This document shows positions 1 through 12,760 of a stretch of DNA of 64,000 nt, piece after piece. The position numbers and the translations under genes are program-made. Within the stretch, counting starts at the first letter, position 1, and every line of letters starts with the position of its first letter. Under the pieces are notes generated by a model. It saw nothing but the letters and a program-made list of their open reading frames with translations, had not been told where the DNA came from and searched no databases. Source of the stretch: Acanthaster planci (lineage: Eukaryota); contig NW_019091356.1 of assembly GCF_001949145.1 (NCBI RefSeq), forward strand, positions 3,008,713 through 3,072,712, given 5' to 3'.

Positions 1-89
1 TCTCTCCCAAACTGGTAAAGAGAGGTGGGCAGCTTATATTTACATGTACAGTACTGCCTTGACCCCAGAGAACTCATCAGCAGGTTTAA

Positions 90-2230
90 CCAGTTACACA
101 ATCTTTATAATTCTCAGATTATCTCATCTTCCAATGGCCAAAAGGATTACATCACTCCAGTCTGGCAAGGAGCCAACCTGGCTGAAAGTGGCGGGGAAAG
201 CAGCTCACATTGCGTACATGGGTACAGGTCTGGGCTTGATCAGGTAATCACATTCACAGAGGTCAAGGCACCAGGAGTTGACAAGTCTGCCACACTCCCA
301 ATAAGGATGGAATGCAAATTCAGACAATTATTTATAGAAGCACAAAATGCTGGGGGGGGGGCTATCTGCCACTGTTTACAAAGGGGTGTCGATAAACTCT
401 GTATGATCTCACCTCCCTGTACCCTACATGAACCAGGATTTACACAACAGCAAATTTAGGTCTGCATGTATTTTGAAAAATTTTACTAGCACAAGGACAA
501 TGTTATTGTCTTGGGAACAAAAATGGCTGTACACATATTTCATCTTAAATGCTGGCAGAGTACACTACGGTACATTGGAAAGAGGATCTCATGAGACACA
601 CTCCTTGCTTGAATTGTTTATGGAAGGCAATGTACATGTACAGCAACCACTTGTTTACGCTTGTTTTTTCCCAAACAATTTGTTTAATTTCCTGTTTCGC
701 CCTTCCGACTTTCCTTTCCACAATTAACCTTAACAATCCTCCATCCTCGCATTTCAATATGATTTTACATACATACCCTAGGGGGTTAGGGATAGGGATT
801 TCGGGTTACCTACATGTGCATGTATAGGAAATGAAATCTCAAAGGACTTCAACATTTCCTCTTTGTATTAAAGCAACGACCGACAAACATTTTTTGGGTG
901 AGAAGACGAACTTCTCACAACATGTTGGCCAATTGGCAGTGAGTCAACGAGACATCCTAGTTGCTGCAGGTGGGAACCTGGGTGAAGAACATGTTTGGCA
1001 ATTGGCAATGAGACATCCTAGTTCCTGCAGGTACATGCAGATCCAGGACAAACAAATCAACAGAAAGTGGGAGACTGTAATATTGTGTCTAGCTATCCGT
1101 AATATTGTGTCTAGCTATCCAGCCTTTTATGAAGACAGTGGCAGACAAGATCAGATGTGTCACCACCTTCACCTCCGAGAGGTCAGCAAAACCACCATCA
1201 CCTCTGAGAGGTCTGCAAAACCACCATCACCTCCGAGAGGTCTGCAAAACCACCATCACCTCTGAGAGGTCTGCAAAACCACCATCACCTCTGAGAGGTC
1301 TGCAAAACCACCATCACCTCTGAGAGGTCAGCAACAGGTCTAGCTAGTTACACAATCTTGTGATTCTCAGATTATCTCATCTTTCAATGGCCCAAATTTA
1401 GATTGCGTCATTTGGCCCTGGCAAGGTACCAACCCGGCTGAAAGTGGCGGGAAAGCAGCTCACATTGTATACAGGGTACAGGTCTGGGCTTGGTCAGGTA
1501 ATCACATTCACAGAGGTCAAGGCACTAGGAGTTGACAAGTCTGCAACATTCCAAATCAGGACGGAATGCAAATTTGCAAAATTACGAAAGAACATTACAA
1601 AAGGGGTATCTGCACTGTTTGAAAAAGGGGTACAGTATTTATAAACTATTGGTAGATGATTTTTACATCCCTGTACGTTTACACCACAAACAGTCTGAAC
1701 TTTTTTTTTAATGACTGGTAGTGGTACAATGACATTGTTACTGTCTTCAAGAAAATAGTTATGTTGGTAGATTACATTAGCGACAGGTTCTCGTGAGAGA
1801 CACTACTAGCCTGCATGGTTCATGTGAGGCCGTGTAGGGCAACTGCTTGTTTACGCTGAATTTTTTTCCAAACTATTTGTTTACTTTCCTGTTTCTCCTT
1901 CCTGGCTTTCCCCCTCCACAGTTAACCCTAACAGCCCTCAATCCTCTCCATTCAAAATGACACGGGGGGATTAGGGACGGAGGGCTTAGGGTTACCTGTT
2001 CCTCTACCTACATGAAATCTCTCAGGACTTCATAATTTCAGCTTCTTTTCTGAAGCAATGACTGACAAACTTTTCTGGGTGACAGTGCAAACTTCTCACA
2101 AAATATTTACCATTGGCAACGGGCCAACTGAGACAGTGCTAGATCAAGACAAAAACAAACAAACAAAAGGAGACTGATTTGGGTCTACACCCCCTGCTTT
2201 GAAGAAAGTGGCAGAGATCAAAGGTGTCAC
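90..2230 (+). repeat. Diverged direct duplication, about 1.25-kb period (about 90-1165 vs about 1345-2230)
   Basis: Shared collinear blocks, e.g. TTACACAATCTT..ATTCTCAGATTATCTCATCTT and CAGGTAATCACATTCACAGAGGTCAAGGCAC in both copies. Confidence 0.9.
1163..1336. repeat. 29-bp minisatellite, 6 copies (CCACCATCACCTCTGAGAGGTCTGCAAAA)
   Basis: Unit starts at 1163, 1192, 1221, 1250, 1279 and 1308; no spacers. Confidence 0.95.
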
Positions 2231-3224
2231 TGCCCAACAGAGATTGCACAAGCATGCCAGGTGCTAAACTCTATTTCGGCAGATTGCCAGGGCTTATTGT
2301 GATTTTAGGAAGTTGAACACAAATGAAGGGGTGGACAGCTTGTATAGGCGGATGTACATGTATGCCACAGGGTTTTTTTTTTCTTTCTATGGTCCAGATT
2401 TTAGAGTTCAAGAAGGAATTAAATCCCCCGTGTTTGGCAGTACAAAATCCCACCAGCAGAACACGTTTCTGTAATGTACTGGGTTGAGAATGGAATTTGA
2501 AATGCAGGATTTTTGGCTGGCACTTTTAAATTACATATAAAAAAAAAAGGAATTGAATAAGGCCAAAATCCTGCACGTATGTATGTGTATGCTTTTTACT
2601 TCTGTGCGGCACCAACCAAGTAGTCACAATTTTGGAGGCAAAATCAAGTTTTACACTGTGTCAGTGCGTAAGAAATTGCACGAGACACAAAGTAAGGTTG
2701 TTCTTGCATCTACAATACATGTACATCTGCGCTCTACATGTACTATGGGCAGGGAACCAGTGCATACCGTACACATGTAGCACTGAAGCAACAAATGGAC
2801 CAGTCCTAAGACGCCAGCATAAGATGTGTACATGTACATTCCTGTGAAAGAAGTCACAAAAGCTATTCTGTCGACCGATATTTACAAGAGATCGATGTAC
2901 ATGTACATTTTACTCGGATAAACTTTTTCAAGGAAAAAAAATGTTGCCTTTGAAGTGACTTTTTCATGCAAGGGCCAAACATGTTGTCCACGCTCGGCTG
3001 TCGGTTCTGTTCACCCACCGGTAACACGCACACATACGTGCACAAGTACAAAGACAATGAAGTACATGTACCGGGTACGACTGCTATACCTGCCGATAAC
3101 ATTTCCCTTAACTTTCAAGCAATCATCATCCATCTTATGTTCCTTTCGTCAAGAGTGATTTTTCAGCGTTTGGTAAAAGTGTAAGGAAGTTTCAGGAGCC
3201 GCAGGATATGTTGGGTACCAGTAC

Positions 3225-3722
3225 TAGTCGCGCTGAGTCAATCAGAATAATTCACTAGTCAAATATTCGACCTTCAATGTCGATCGAATATCCGAAAATT
3301 TGGTCCTCCCCTTGACCAGCAGGTTGATGAACAAACCCATGTACACAAGATCAGCTACAATAATGCACACAATTGTACATTACAATCACTTTAATAGCTT
3401 CTCGCTTCTCACTTCTAGGATTACATGTATCTCTAGCCACGATTTCGCAAGTTTAACGGACAAACAGTGCTTCTTGCCCTGCTGAAAATTTCTATTCCTT
3501 TTAATATTTCAATCAATAATTAACTGTTTGATTCGTTGTAAGTCATTATTCTGTCGCTTTTCATTTGAATTTGCTTGAAACAAGTCTCCACAGTGGGATT
3601 TGTCTCATTCAAAATGAAGAAACTCAGAGTTCCTGTCATGAATTTTGCATTCAAATATTCAAATTTGGAAATAATATTCAAATATTCAGTAATGGATCAA
3701 CTACTTGGATATTTGGATACTG
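3225..3722 (+). mobile_element. Decayed copy of the MITE family at 12129-12658
   Basis: Collinear similarity, e.g. CTTCTTGCCCTG.TGAAAATTTCTA and TCATGAATTTTGCATT..AATATTCAAATT. Confidence 0.75.
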
Positions 3723-3840
3723 GTACATGTACATATCCAATTGCATCTGTTACCAAAAATAAATTAGGGTCACGATCCTGTTTTCAGAGTTTGTCCGATT
3801 TTGGGGCTGTCGGGGTTGAGGAAAAAGAAAATAATCTTAC

Positions 3841-3997
3841 CGGCCGAGGGGACTCTCACTTGTGTCGGCCGTGTAGCCACGTCCCATCTTGGATGCGTCC
3901 CCCTGTCTGAATCAGGACTCCGATCATTCACTGTTCCACGGTCCGGCCTCTGGAGTTTAGCTTTTCACGTCAAGTTTCTCTGATAGGCCTCATCAAC
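3841..3997 (-). other. Candidate exon of an unidentified gene, possibly carrying its start codon (MGRGYTADTSESPLG...)
   Basis: Acceptor TTCTGTGCCTTTAAAG| at 3997, donor CG|GTAAGA at 3841, CpG-rich body, and ATG at 3887 in context CAAGATGG. No homology recognised. Confidence 0.3.
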
Positions 3998-6273
3998 CTT
4001 TAAAGGCACAGAACCATCGAGAAAGAGCTCAGCTGTCACGATGGCTGTTGGCTGCATAAATACTCTTCCCCCTCCCTCGATTACATGAACGGGCAAACTT
4101 TTGAACCCAAATTCTCATGTTTATCATACATCCGACTCGAGGGAACTCTAAGTGACTGACGCCGCGGGCCTCAGTGGACAATTTGGCCAGGAAAGCTCAC
4201 CAGTACTTGTCTACGCTTAGGAACTCACACTGAAAGCTCAACAAAATTTGTCTCATTTTTCTTCAACTCTAATAGGTCAGTAAGACAAAAAAAAAACACA
4301 AGCAAGTTCAAAAAATGTCCAACCTTTTTCCCACTCTAATGGTAAACAGAATGTGCATACATCACACAACGTACGTACATGAACATGCAAAAATTAACAG
4401 ACTGCTACTGACTGACCGAGCTGGGAGAGCCGCTGGTACCTGAACAGAACAGGTGCCCAGCTCCCGCTACCAATACAAACTCATGGCTTTCAATCTTTCC
4501 AATGAACAGCTCTATCTAATGGCTTGCCATTATGTTCACGTCCATGAACACTACATGTACGTGTTCACACAATCTGCACATACATGTAACTGCACATATA
4601 CTTCAGGTAGTATACAGTTTATAAATGGCGATATGCAAATAGCCTGTCAGCACAACGACCAATGGCAGAAAAGCTGGTTGAACTGGCTCAGTGCCAAAAA
4701 TTCCATGAAAAACATAACTTCTTTGGACACACCGGAAGGCAGGCAGCTCAGGAGTGAAGTGTACAGTGCTACGCACCCAACAATTGTCTGGGTTTTTCCA
4801 TTCAGCCAAAAATAGCTCAGTTCACATCGTTATACATGTACATAATGTACAGTGCCTGTATTCTGTCTGTTCATTATACACGTTGAAACGGCCAATCCTG
4901 GATTCGGACAGGATGTGATCACGGGTGCATATCGCACCAATCATCTTGCAGACGATTTTTAGTACATCTACAGATAAACTGGAACACAGTACAGATTTTA
5001 GCGTCACCCTAAACCTTTTGGTTACTGAGTCCATGGTCCTTGTACACGTAGAGTAATAATTCTATAAATCCCTCCTATGCTACGCTGCATTCTCGACACC
5101 GTTGCCATATCAGTCAAAATCAGTCAAATTTCCTGTACATTTCCGTGTACTGGGGGAAATCAATTGGAAGGCATTTTTGACACTGTTTTGTCGGTTAAAA
5201 CAGAAGGAAGGTTTTCAAATTAAATTAATTTTAATAATTATTTTTAATGGGTAAGTACATGTACGTTGGAACCTGTAAAGTGTGAAATGCATGTGTACAT
5301 GTACTACATGTACATGTACATGCATGCCATCACTTGAGCTGTACATGTACATGGAGACAAAGTACAGTTTTTATCATCACTTACATACCGTTACATGTAC
5401 ATGTACAAGGTTCCCCAGTCAATGACATATTTAATTTACACACCCAAAAATGAACTACCTCTACCAAGCGGCTTAAGATTGCATTTGATGAAGTTTTAGG
5501 CTGGCTGATCTATACGCACGCAATGAGGAGTTTAAGTCCCTCTTGGGCTGCCAAAATCAGGAAAAGAAAATGCCCCTTCCCTTTGACAGTTGAACTGGGA
5601 TTTGTCCCCGTTTGTTGGGGCGTTACTGAAACCAAAACTGATCAGCAATGACAGTCGTGTCCTTATCACTCTCTGAAACCTGTGGCAGTACATTTTCAGA
5701 TTAGACAAGCCCATGGGACCTCTGTGGGTGCATTTGGCAGTCATAACCAAGAACTGGTTCCGTGGTAATTCTTCAGAGATTTTCTGTTGTACATGTAAGA
5801 GTAACTGAGCGACATTGAAATGTGATTGTTTAGCACTCAGACTCTGAAAGCGATGAACCAGAGAAACCACCCAACCAATTCTTGATTATGCCAAGGATTA
5901 AACCAAGGATCTTTAGGGAAAGGTCGCAGAATTAAAAAAAAGGACAAAAAGAATTTATTAATTAAAAGGTACCGGAAAAAATGCAAAAAACCAAAAGGAC
6001 TACAAGACTGAAAAGACTAAAACTTTAAAAGGATTAAAACCAACCATGGAGGAAGGTGTCAAAATCAGTTTCAGTAATAGCTTCATCATTTAAGCAAGGG
6101 CCAAAGTAAATAAACAGGGGGATACACTGACAGAGAATTATAGGGGAACTCTAACACTAGAACTATTTTTATAGGGGAATGACTTCTACGAGAGACGCTT
6201 ACCAAAAAAAATCTGACAAATTTCTAGCTCTGCCACACGTGCAATGTAACTACATGCACCATGGAGTTGTATC

Positions 6274-6505
6274 CAGTGTTCTAGCTAGGACCATTTAAGT
6301 GCCAGGTAAAAGCGTACTGAGTGCAGTTTTTAATGCTTTCTGATGCTTGAAATACGATCCAATTGGTACATTTAAATTTTCAGTGATATTTCAGTTCATT
6401 TTTTGGAAAATGGGTGGCAGAGCCAATTATAACCCTGAGGGCCGGGCAGAAATTTGCAGTGCCGGGAAGTGCCGCCCGGCGCCGCCCGCCGCGGCTAGAA
6501 CCCTA
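6274..6505. mobile_element. hAT-type MITE
   Basis: TIRs CAGTGTTCTAGC / GCTAGAACCCTA; 8-bp flanks GTTGTATC and GTTGTAAC (7/8 match). Confidence 0.75.
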
Positions 6506-7319
6506 GTTGTAACAAAGTACATGTACTAGTACGTAGTGAACAGTGTACCGGAAGTACATGTACATGTGACAGTCATGAGGACATTGTACAAATGTGCATG
6601 CATGCCCTTCAGCCTCACGTTACTGGCAACACGGACCCTCTTGGCTGGCAATTTGCCAATGATGTGCGCCAACCTTGTCCATGTGGGTGTTTGGCCATGC
6701 AACAATCCTCAAGTTTGCATTATAACCACTCAGTCCCAACTGAGTAATGGTTCCTACTTCCCCCCAAATTACAAGTCCCTTGGCATAATTCCAAGAACGA
6801 ATCTAAATAAATGCACAACTGAGGACCAAAATATGAGTCACCTGTTCTGACGTGTGTCTAGGAAATTACATGTACATGTATGCCACTTCTCTGTCTACTT
6901 TTTGTCACCAATTTTTTAAGCAAACGCAAAAGTTCTTGTACTGGCATTCCCCAGTCAAATCACAGCCAAACATCAAGCATCTGACCTTGGCAACAGGCCA
7001 AGTTTCAGTGACCAGCCCACCCTAATCAGGGTCGCAAGCAGGTGACTTTTTACAGAAGTCTTGGAAGGGGTCATTGTTGCAAAACAGTCAAAAGTGGTAC
7101 TCTTGGGTCACCAAAAGTAAGCAAGATTCACCAACCTGTTTCACTGTACATGTACACATGTATATGAAAAATCAATTTAGAAGAAGCTCTCTAATATTAG
7201 TAGAACAGAGATCAGCATGCCGAATTCGCCAATTGTGAGCATGCATAACGGAACATGAACTCCTCTAGATTCAAAAAGTGTGAGTACTACAATAAACCTT
7301 GATGACAAGTTGAATTTGA

Positions 7320-7546
7320 ATAAAATCTGGTACACTGAGTTATCTGATTGCACATACAGGCAAACATAACAATTTGAATTCCCCAGACTAAAGACACCGC
7401 TGCTACACTTTGTGATTCAGGGCAAGCTTTTGCATAGCCACCACCATCTCTAGAATGAAGTGGTTCCTTCGTGCCCTTCTTGCCCATTGAAAACATTGTG
7501 CTGGTGCACGGCATCTCTTAAGCAAAGCTTACCCTGAATCACGAGG
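7320..7546. mobile_element. Partial copy of the foldback MITE at 22024-22373, in opposite orientation
   Basis: Shares GAATTCCCCAGACTAAAGACAC...GGGCAAGCTTTTGC; its internal spacer is the reverse complement of 22160-22250. Confidence 0.8.
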
Positions 7547-9556
7547 CATGTACATGTACACTGTAGACCATGGGCTAGAAATCGTAGCTTCACTGGAATT
7601 AGAAGTCTGTCCACATTTGAGTGGCAACATGGAATCACATGTTCTAGGTCAATATGAAGGTGCTGAATTCAAATCTACCTGTTGCCACCTCCTCAGACTG
7701 CTCCCAAGGTCACCACAGGAGGACACTGATCCCATTTTTGCTCATTTTGATCAAGGACAGTATTTGGGGCACAGTTTTCCCATTTTTTCATTAAATGCTT
7801 TTAAATTTGTCACAGGTATTATTTGTAACATTTCCGAAAGAAATATTACTATTTAATTATTTATGTGAACTCGTGGTTCTCAATCATTGGAATGATCAGC
7901 TCTGTCTACACGTAGGAACCTGTCATTATGTCCAAGTCCATGAACACTACATGCACAATAACAATCTACATGTATACCAAACACCACTTCATACTTAATG
8001 AATATGCAAATAGCCTGCACGTGTAATGACCAACAACAGACAACGTGAATGTGTACAAACTGGCCGAGTGTCGAAATGCCATGAAAAGCAAAATTTCCTC
8101 GGATGCTCCAGAGGGCAGACAGGATTCGAGTCGTACAGTGCACACTGGGCACTCAACATTATCTGGGTTTTCCCCATCAGCTAAAAATAGCTCAATTAAT
8201 ATTAATAAGCTCCTGCAGCACAGGACCTAGTCTAAAATGTACCAATACAATGTGTACAGTGCATGTACATGTACATGTGTTACTGTACATGAAGGCTTCA
8301 CACAGGGTGAATAGTACAGCAATTGTCTCTTTAGAATTCAAATTAGATTTAGTACGTTCAAGTGAATCTAATTAGCCCTAACCATGCTGAACTCAACAAG
8401 GTTATGCAGGATTTCAATGGTCCCTAGAGGGTTAGGGTTTTAAAGAATTCAGGCGTACCAGATTTTATTCAAATTTAACTCGCAAAAAGGCTTATTGCTT
8501 GGCATTCTTTTGTTATGAGGTTTGACCTTTCTGGTTAAATGTACAGTCACTTCAGTAAGTCATAAAAAGACACACTGATCCTGTTGTCGATTCAGGAAAG
8601 GGGAAAATGCAGAAGTCACTGACACAGACATGAAACACATCGTGATAAAACTGGCCTCCACAAGTGACTAGTGTGATCTGTGAACGCTCTGTGTACATTA
8701 CCATAGCAATTTCACAATTTGTATAAGGAGCCAGAGTACGGTAACTTTGGGGTTTTTTAAAGGGTTCTTGTCTAGTGTAGTACAGTGCAATTTGCAGACC
8801 CAAAATATGTACATGTACCTGTAGAAGCCACAACTGGGGTGACATGGCGCACGTGCACAGGTGGTGGGGGGTTACAATGCCTCTTTGACCAATAGGACGC
8901 CGCGCTTTGCCAAATACATGCACGCTTCAAGCTCGTAAAAGGAATGCGTGTGTGGGTGTTGTGCCACCGCAGTTATCACATCTTCTCGTATTAGTCTCCA
9001 GTGCGTATGAGGGTGCAATCTGCCATACCCTTTTAACAAAGTAAAAAAAAAAAAAGGTCCTTTCCTTCACTTGTCCCTTACTGCCCTCACAGGGTGCTGG
9101 GAAGGGCAAAAGCATGATGCAATTTTTATCAAGTGCTGACTGCACTGAGTCCATTCACAATGCTTTGCGCAGTCAAATCTGTGGGGAATTTCCTTCATGG
9201 AATTTGGTGGGAAGCATAAACTGCTGCCCTCCCCAGCACCCTGTATTGTAAGACCGTTAGGAACACGGGAAGGTTATTTTCATGGAAAGTGTGGACCCTG
9301 AGTTCCATACCTTCCGGCCCACTAACCCAAAATGGGAGAAAAGTTGCACCCAAATAATTACACAAGTACCCTGGAACAGTTCCAAGAAAGCAGGACACTG
9401 TCAATCGGGCAACCTAGACATGAGTTACAAATTCAGACGTCATGTGCAGCGTGCCTGAAGGCAATGCCCATAATGTAAGGTACATGTACATGTATGTGTC
9501 GCAATCTACACCAAGCCTGTCCGTATCCAAACAGAGAGAGCAAAATACCAGCAAAT

Positions 9557-12500
9557 CACTTTGTTTTTCTATGTTTTCTTGAGAACTGTCTTTCCAATCT
9601 GTAGAGACATGCTTGGTTTGGTTTCAGAAGCCACAGTGACTGCTGATGAATCATTTAATATCGTCAAATTTCTGTGTTTGGTGACTCAGACTGTCATCGG
9701 GTTATTTACAAAAACAATTAAGCGACAGTTCAGATCAAAACTGAATGCAGAATTTATTCCCAAATTGGCAAATAGTGTAAACACTCCAACATGTACCATA
9801 CCAGTGCGAAATAGGCACCAAACTGGTAGCCGTGACAACAATCATTTGTTTGGAGCATATTTCCCTCATCATTTAAGTCATGAACAGATTTCTGATCATG
9901 AGGTTTATTAAGAAAAGGACAGCAGCTCCCGAAGCAGTATGTAACAAGGACATCGAACAAAAAAGACACAGGTTTTTTTTTCAAAAGGAAACTGGTGCGA
10001 CCTGTTAACAGTAGGGTGGGCCTACATGCAGTAAACAGCCATCTGATGAAGAACTTTGTGGCCAGGAACAAGCTTGCGCCACTTGTTTTAAGATTTTTTT
10101 TGTTAAATCGACATACCGGCAAGTCCACCTTAATGTAAGTTTTATTTGATCAGAATAAACATGAACATACATGTATGGGGTGTGTCTCCATCCACCTAAT
10201 GCTCCATGCATTTAACCTGACTACCTTGGTATTAAGTTGGACCACAGAGCTTTAAAAAGGAGCAGCTCCATGATTGGACAGAACAGAAGGACTTTATACA
10301 ACAAAAAACGATTCCCTTTAGGTTGGCCGAAGAACACGCACAGCATGTATCCAGTATCAGAAATGTACACATTGGTACATGTACACCAATTGACTAGGGC
10401 ACCAGAAGCAACAACTGACTACAAGTAGAGCTCTGTAGGTGCAGGTCTAGTTAAGGTCAGAAATACAAAAGAAATACAAAAGCTACAATGAAAATGCAGC
10501 TTGTGCCGGTGCACAAGATCAACAACGTCACCTCTACAGTACAGGGTACCAACTACAATGTACACGTACATGCTCAAAACTGTGCATCGGTGTGCCACTA
10601 CGTGGGTCACCAGCTTGCCACTGTACACGTGTGCCAACCCAATTGGTCACGCAACAGCTTCAGGACCCACTCGGCACAAACTAAGTAACACCCACCCACT
10701 CACCCCCCCCCCCCAAATAAACAAGCCCCTTGGCACAATTCCAAGACTCAGCAATAAAAAACTGGGACTCCAAAATGAGTCACCAGATCCAACACACCTG
10801 GTACCACTCCATGTACAATTTACAGGAAATAAAAAGTTCTACAAATTCAACCTTTCTCCTGACAAAACAACCAAGACACCAGTGTAAGCCCGTGACTCCT
10901 TTGTCTTCGTTCATTTCCTGACTCTGACGCAACTGCAAATATTCTGACATTCGCTGAGTCACATTACGGTCAAAATGCTAGCACCTGGCCCAGGTGAGAG
11001 GCCAAAATGCATTCCAGTTTAGGCAACCCATCTATCTGAACACGGGGTCCCAAGCAGGCAACTTTACAGAACTGTAAGGAGGGATCACTATTGCGCAAGA
11101 GTGAAAAAGTTTTGCTCTTGGGTCCCCATGTAGGCAAGCTCCACCAAGCTATTTTATTGTATTCCAAAAACCAATTTAACAGAAGCTCCATGATGGTTCA
11201 AACTTCAACGCCAATTTTGATTGGGCCAGTCAGTCAGTTGTTCAATAGTTTGTGAATTTGTTCATTGGTTTATCTTTTGTTCCCATTGTTTGTTTGCTTG
11301 TTTGTTTTGGATGTGAAGCAAGGTGACTTTAAACTTTAAAACATTTTCCAATCCTAACAGGAAGAGCACAGTATCACTATCAGGAAGTCACTTTATTTTT
11401 TTTCTCAAGAACTCCTGCTCCAATCTGTTGCGACATGCTTGGTTTGGTTTCAGGGGCCACAGTGAATGCTGATGAATCATTTAAAATCCTCAAATTTCTG
11501 TGTTTGGTGACTCAGACTGTCATTAGGTTATTTACAAAAAAAATAAGATACATGTAGACTTCAGATAACTATGCTAGTGGTGATTTCAAAAAAAGGCAAA
11601 GATACATGTCTGGATGTACATTTACCAGTACAACCTGGCTGACGTTAAGATAGTTCCAATTATTCATTTAGGTGTTTTTCTGTCACGTTATTCAAGTGGT
11701 TAATTAATTTAAGAAGAGAATATCCCCAAAGAGGATCCCCAAAACAATTCATAACAAGGACACAAAACAAGAAACATCCTTTTTTTTCATACAAAACTTG
11801 CGCAATCTGTGAACACACTGTACAATGAAGTGGGCCTACATGCAGTACTTGTCTGATGCGGTAGAGCCAGGGGTAATCCATGGAACAAGCGCTTACCAAC
11901 TTCAGGACCACATCTGCATGTCACCCGCTCACCCCAACTGAGTAAAAGTCACCCTCCCTAAACATAAACGAGCCCTTGGCACAATTCCAACATTCAGTTT
12001 ATGAGTTGTCGATCCGGTATACATGTACCCAACAGCATCATGTACACGCGCATACATGTACTAGAAACTCCTTGAATTACAGATAAAAATAGTTAAACCA
12101 TTCTCCAAACAACCAACCAAGACACCAGTAGAGCTGAGTCAATTAAGCTACATGTACACTGCAATTCACTATTCGAATATTTGATCTTCAATTTGATCAA
12201 ATATCCGAATATTCGGTTGCACTGACTGGCAGATTGTTGATGAACAAACCATACATGTAATTCAAAATCAGTTGCAATACCACACACATTTGTACATTAT
12301 GATCAATATAACAGCTTCTCACATCTAGGACTATCTTCAGCCACAATTTAGCAAAATTTAAGAGATGAACAAGACTTCTTGCCCTGTTGAAAATTTCTAC
12401 TCCTTTCAAATTGTTTAAAGAAAAATCTACTTTTTAAATCATTGTACGATTTCTTATTTCTTGTAAGATTTCATTTGAATCTGCTTGAAAAAAGCCTCCA

Positions 12501-12760
12501 TAGTGCAATTTTTATCATTTAATTAAAAAAAAAAAAAAATTTAATTTTCAGTTCTTTTTCATGAATTTTGCATTTGAATATTCAAATTCGAAAAATAACA
12601 TTCAAATATTCAACAATCGTTCAAATATTTGGTTATTCGAATATTCGGCACAGCCCTAGACACCAGCTCATGCACGTCACTCCTTTGTCTTCTGTTTCCA
12701 GATTTTGATGCAAACTTATGCAAATATTCTGGCGCTTCCCGAGTCACATTAAGGTCAAAA
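9557..12760 (+). repeat. Diverged direct duplication (about 9557-10980 vs about 11389-12760)
   Basis: Shared GACATGCTTGGTTTGGTTTCAG, TCAAATTTCTGTGTTTGGTGACTCAGACTGTCAT, GTGGGCCTACATGCAGTA and CCCTTGGCACAATTCCAA in the same order. Confidence 0.88.
12129..12658. mobile_element. hAT-type MITE, 530 bp, with perfect 8-bp TSD GACACCAG
   Basis: Termini TAGAGCTGAGTC / GGCACAGCCCTA; GACACCAG at 12121-12128 and 12659-12666; paralogous empty site at 10875-10882. Confidence 0.9.

Noticed and set aside
1163..1336. CRISPR-like array (29-bp palindromic repeats)
   Set aside because: Units are head-to-tail with no unique spacers, there are no cas genes, and the context is eukaryotic.
25..1644. Paired similar ORFs (QVITFTEVKA.GVDKSAT) as a duplicated gene
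   Set aside because: The similarity reflects the DNA duplication; frames are broken by indels and no motif or splice structure is recognisable.
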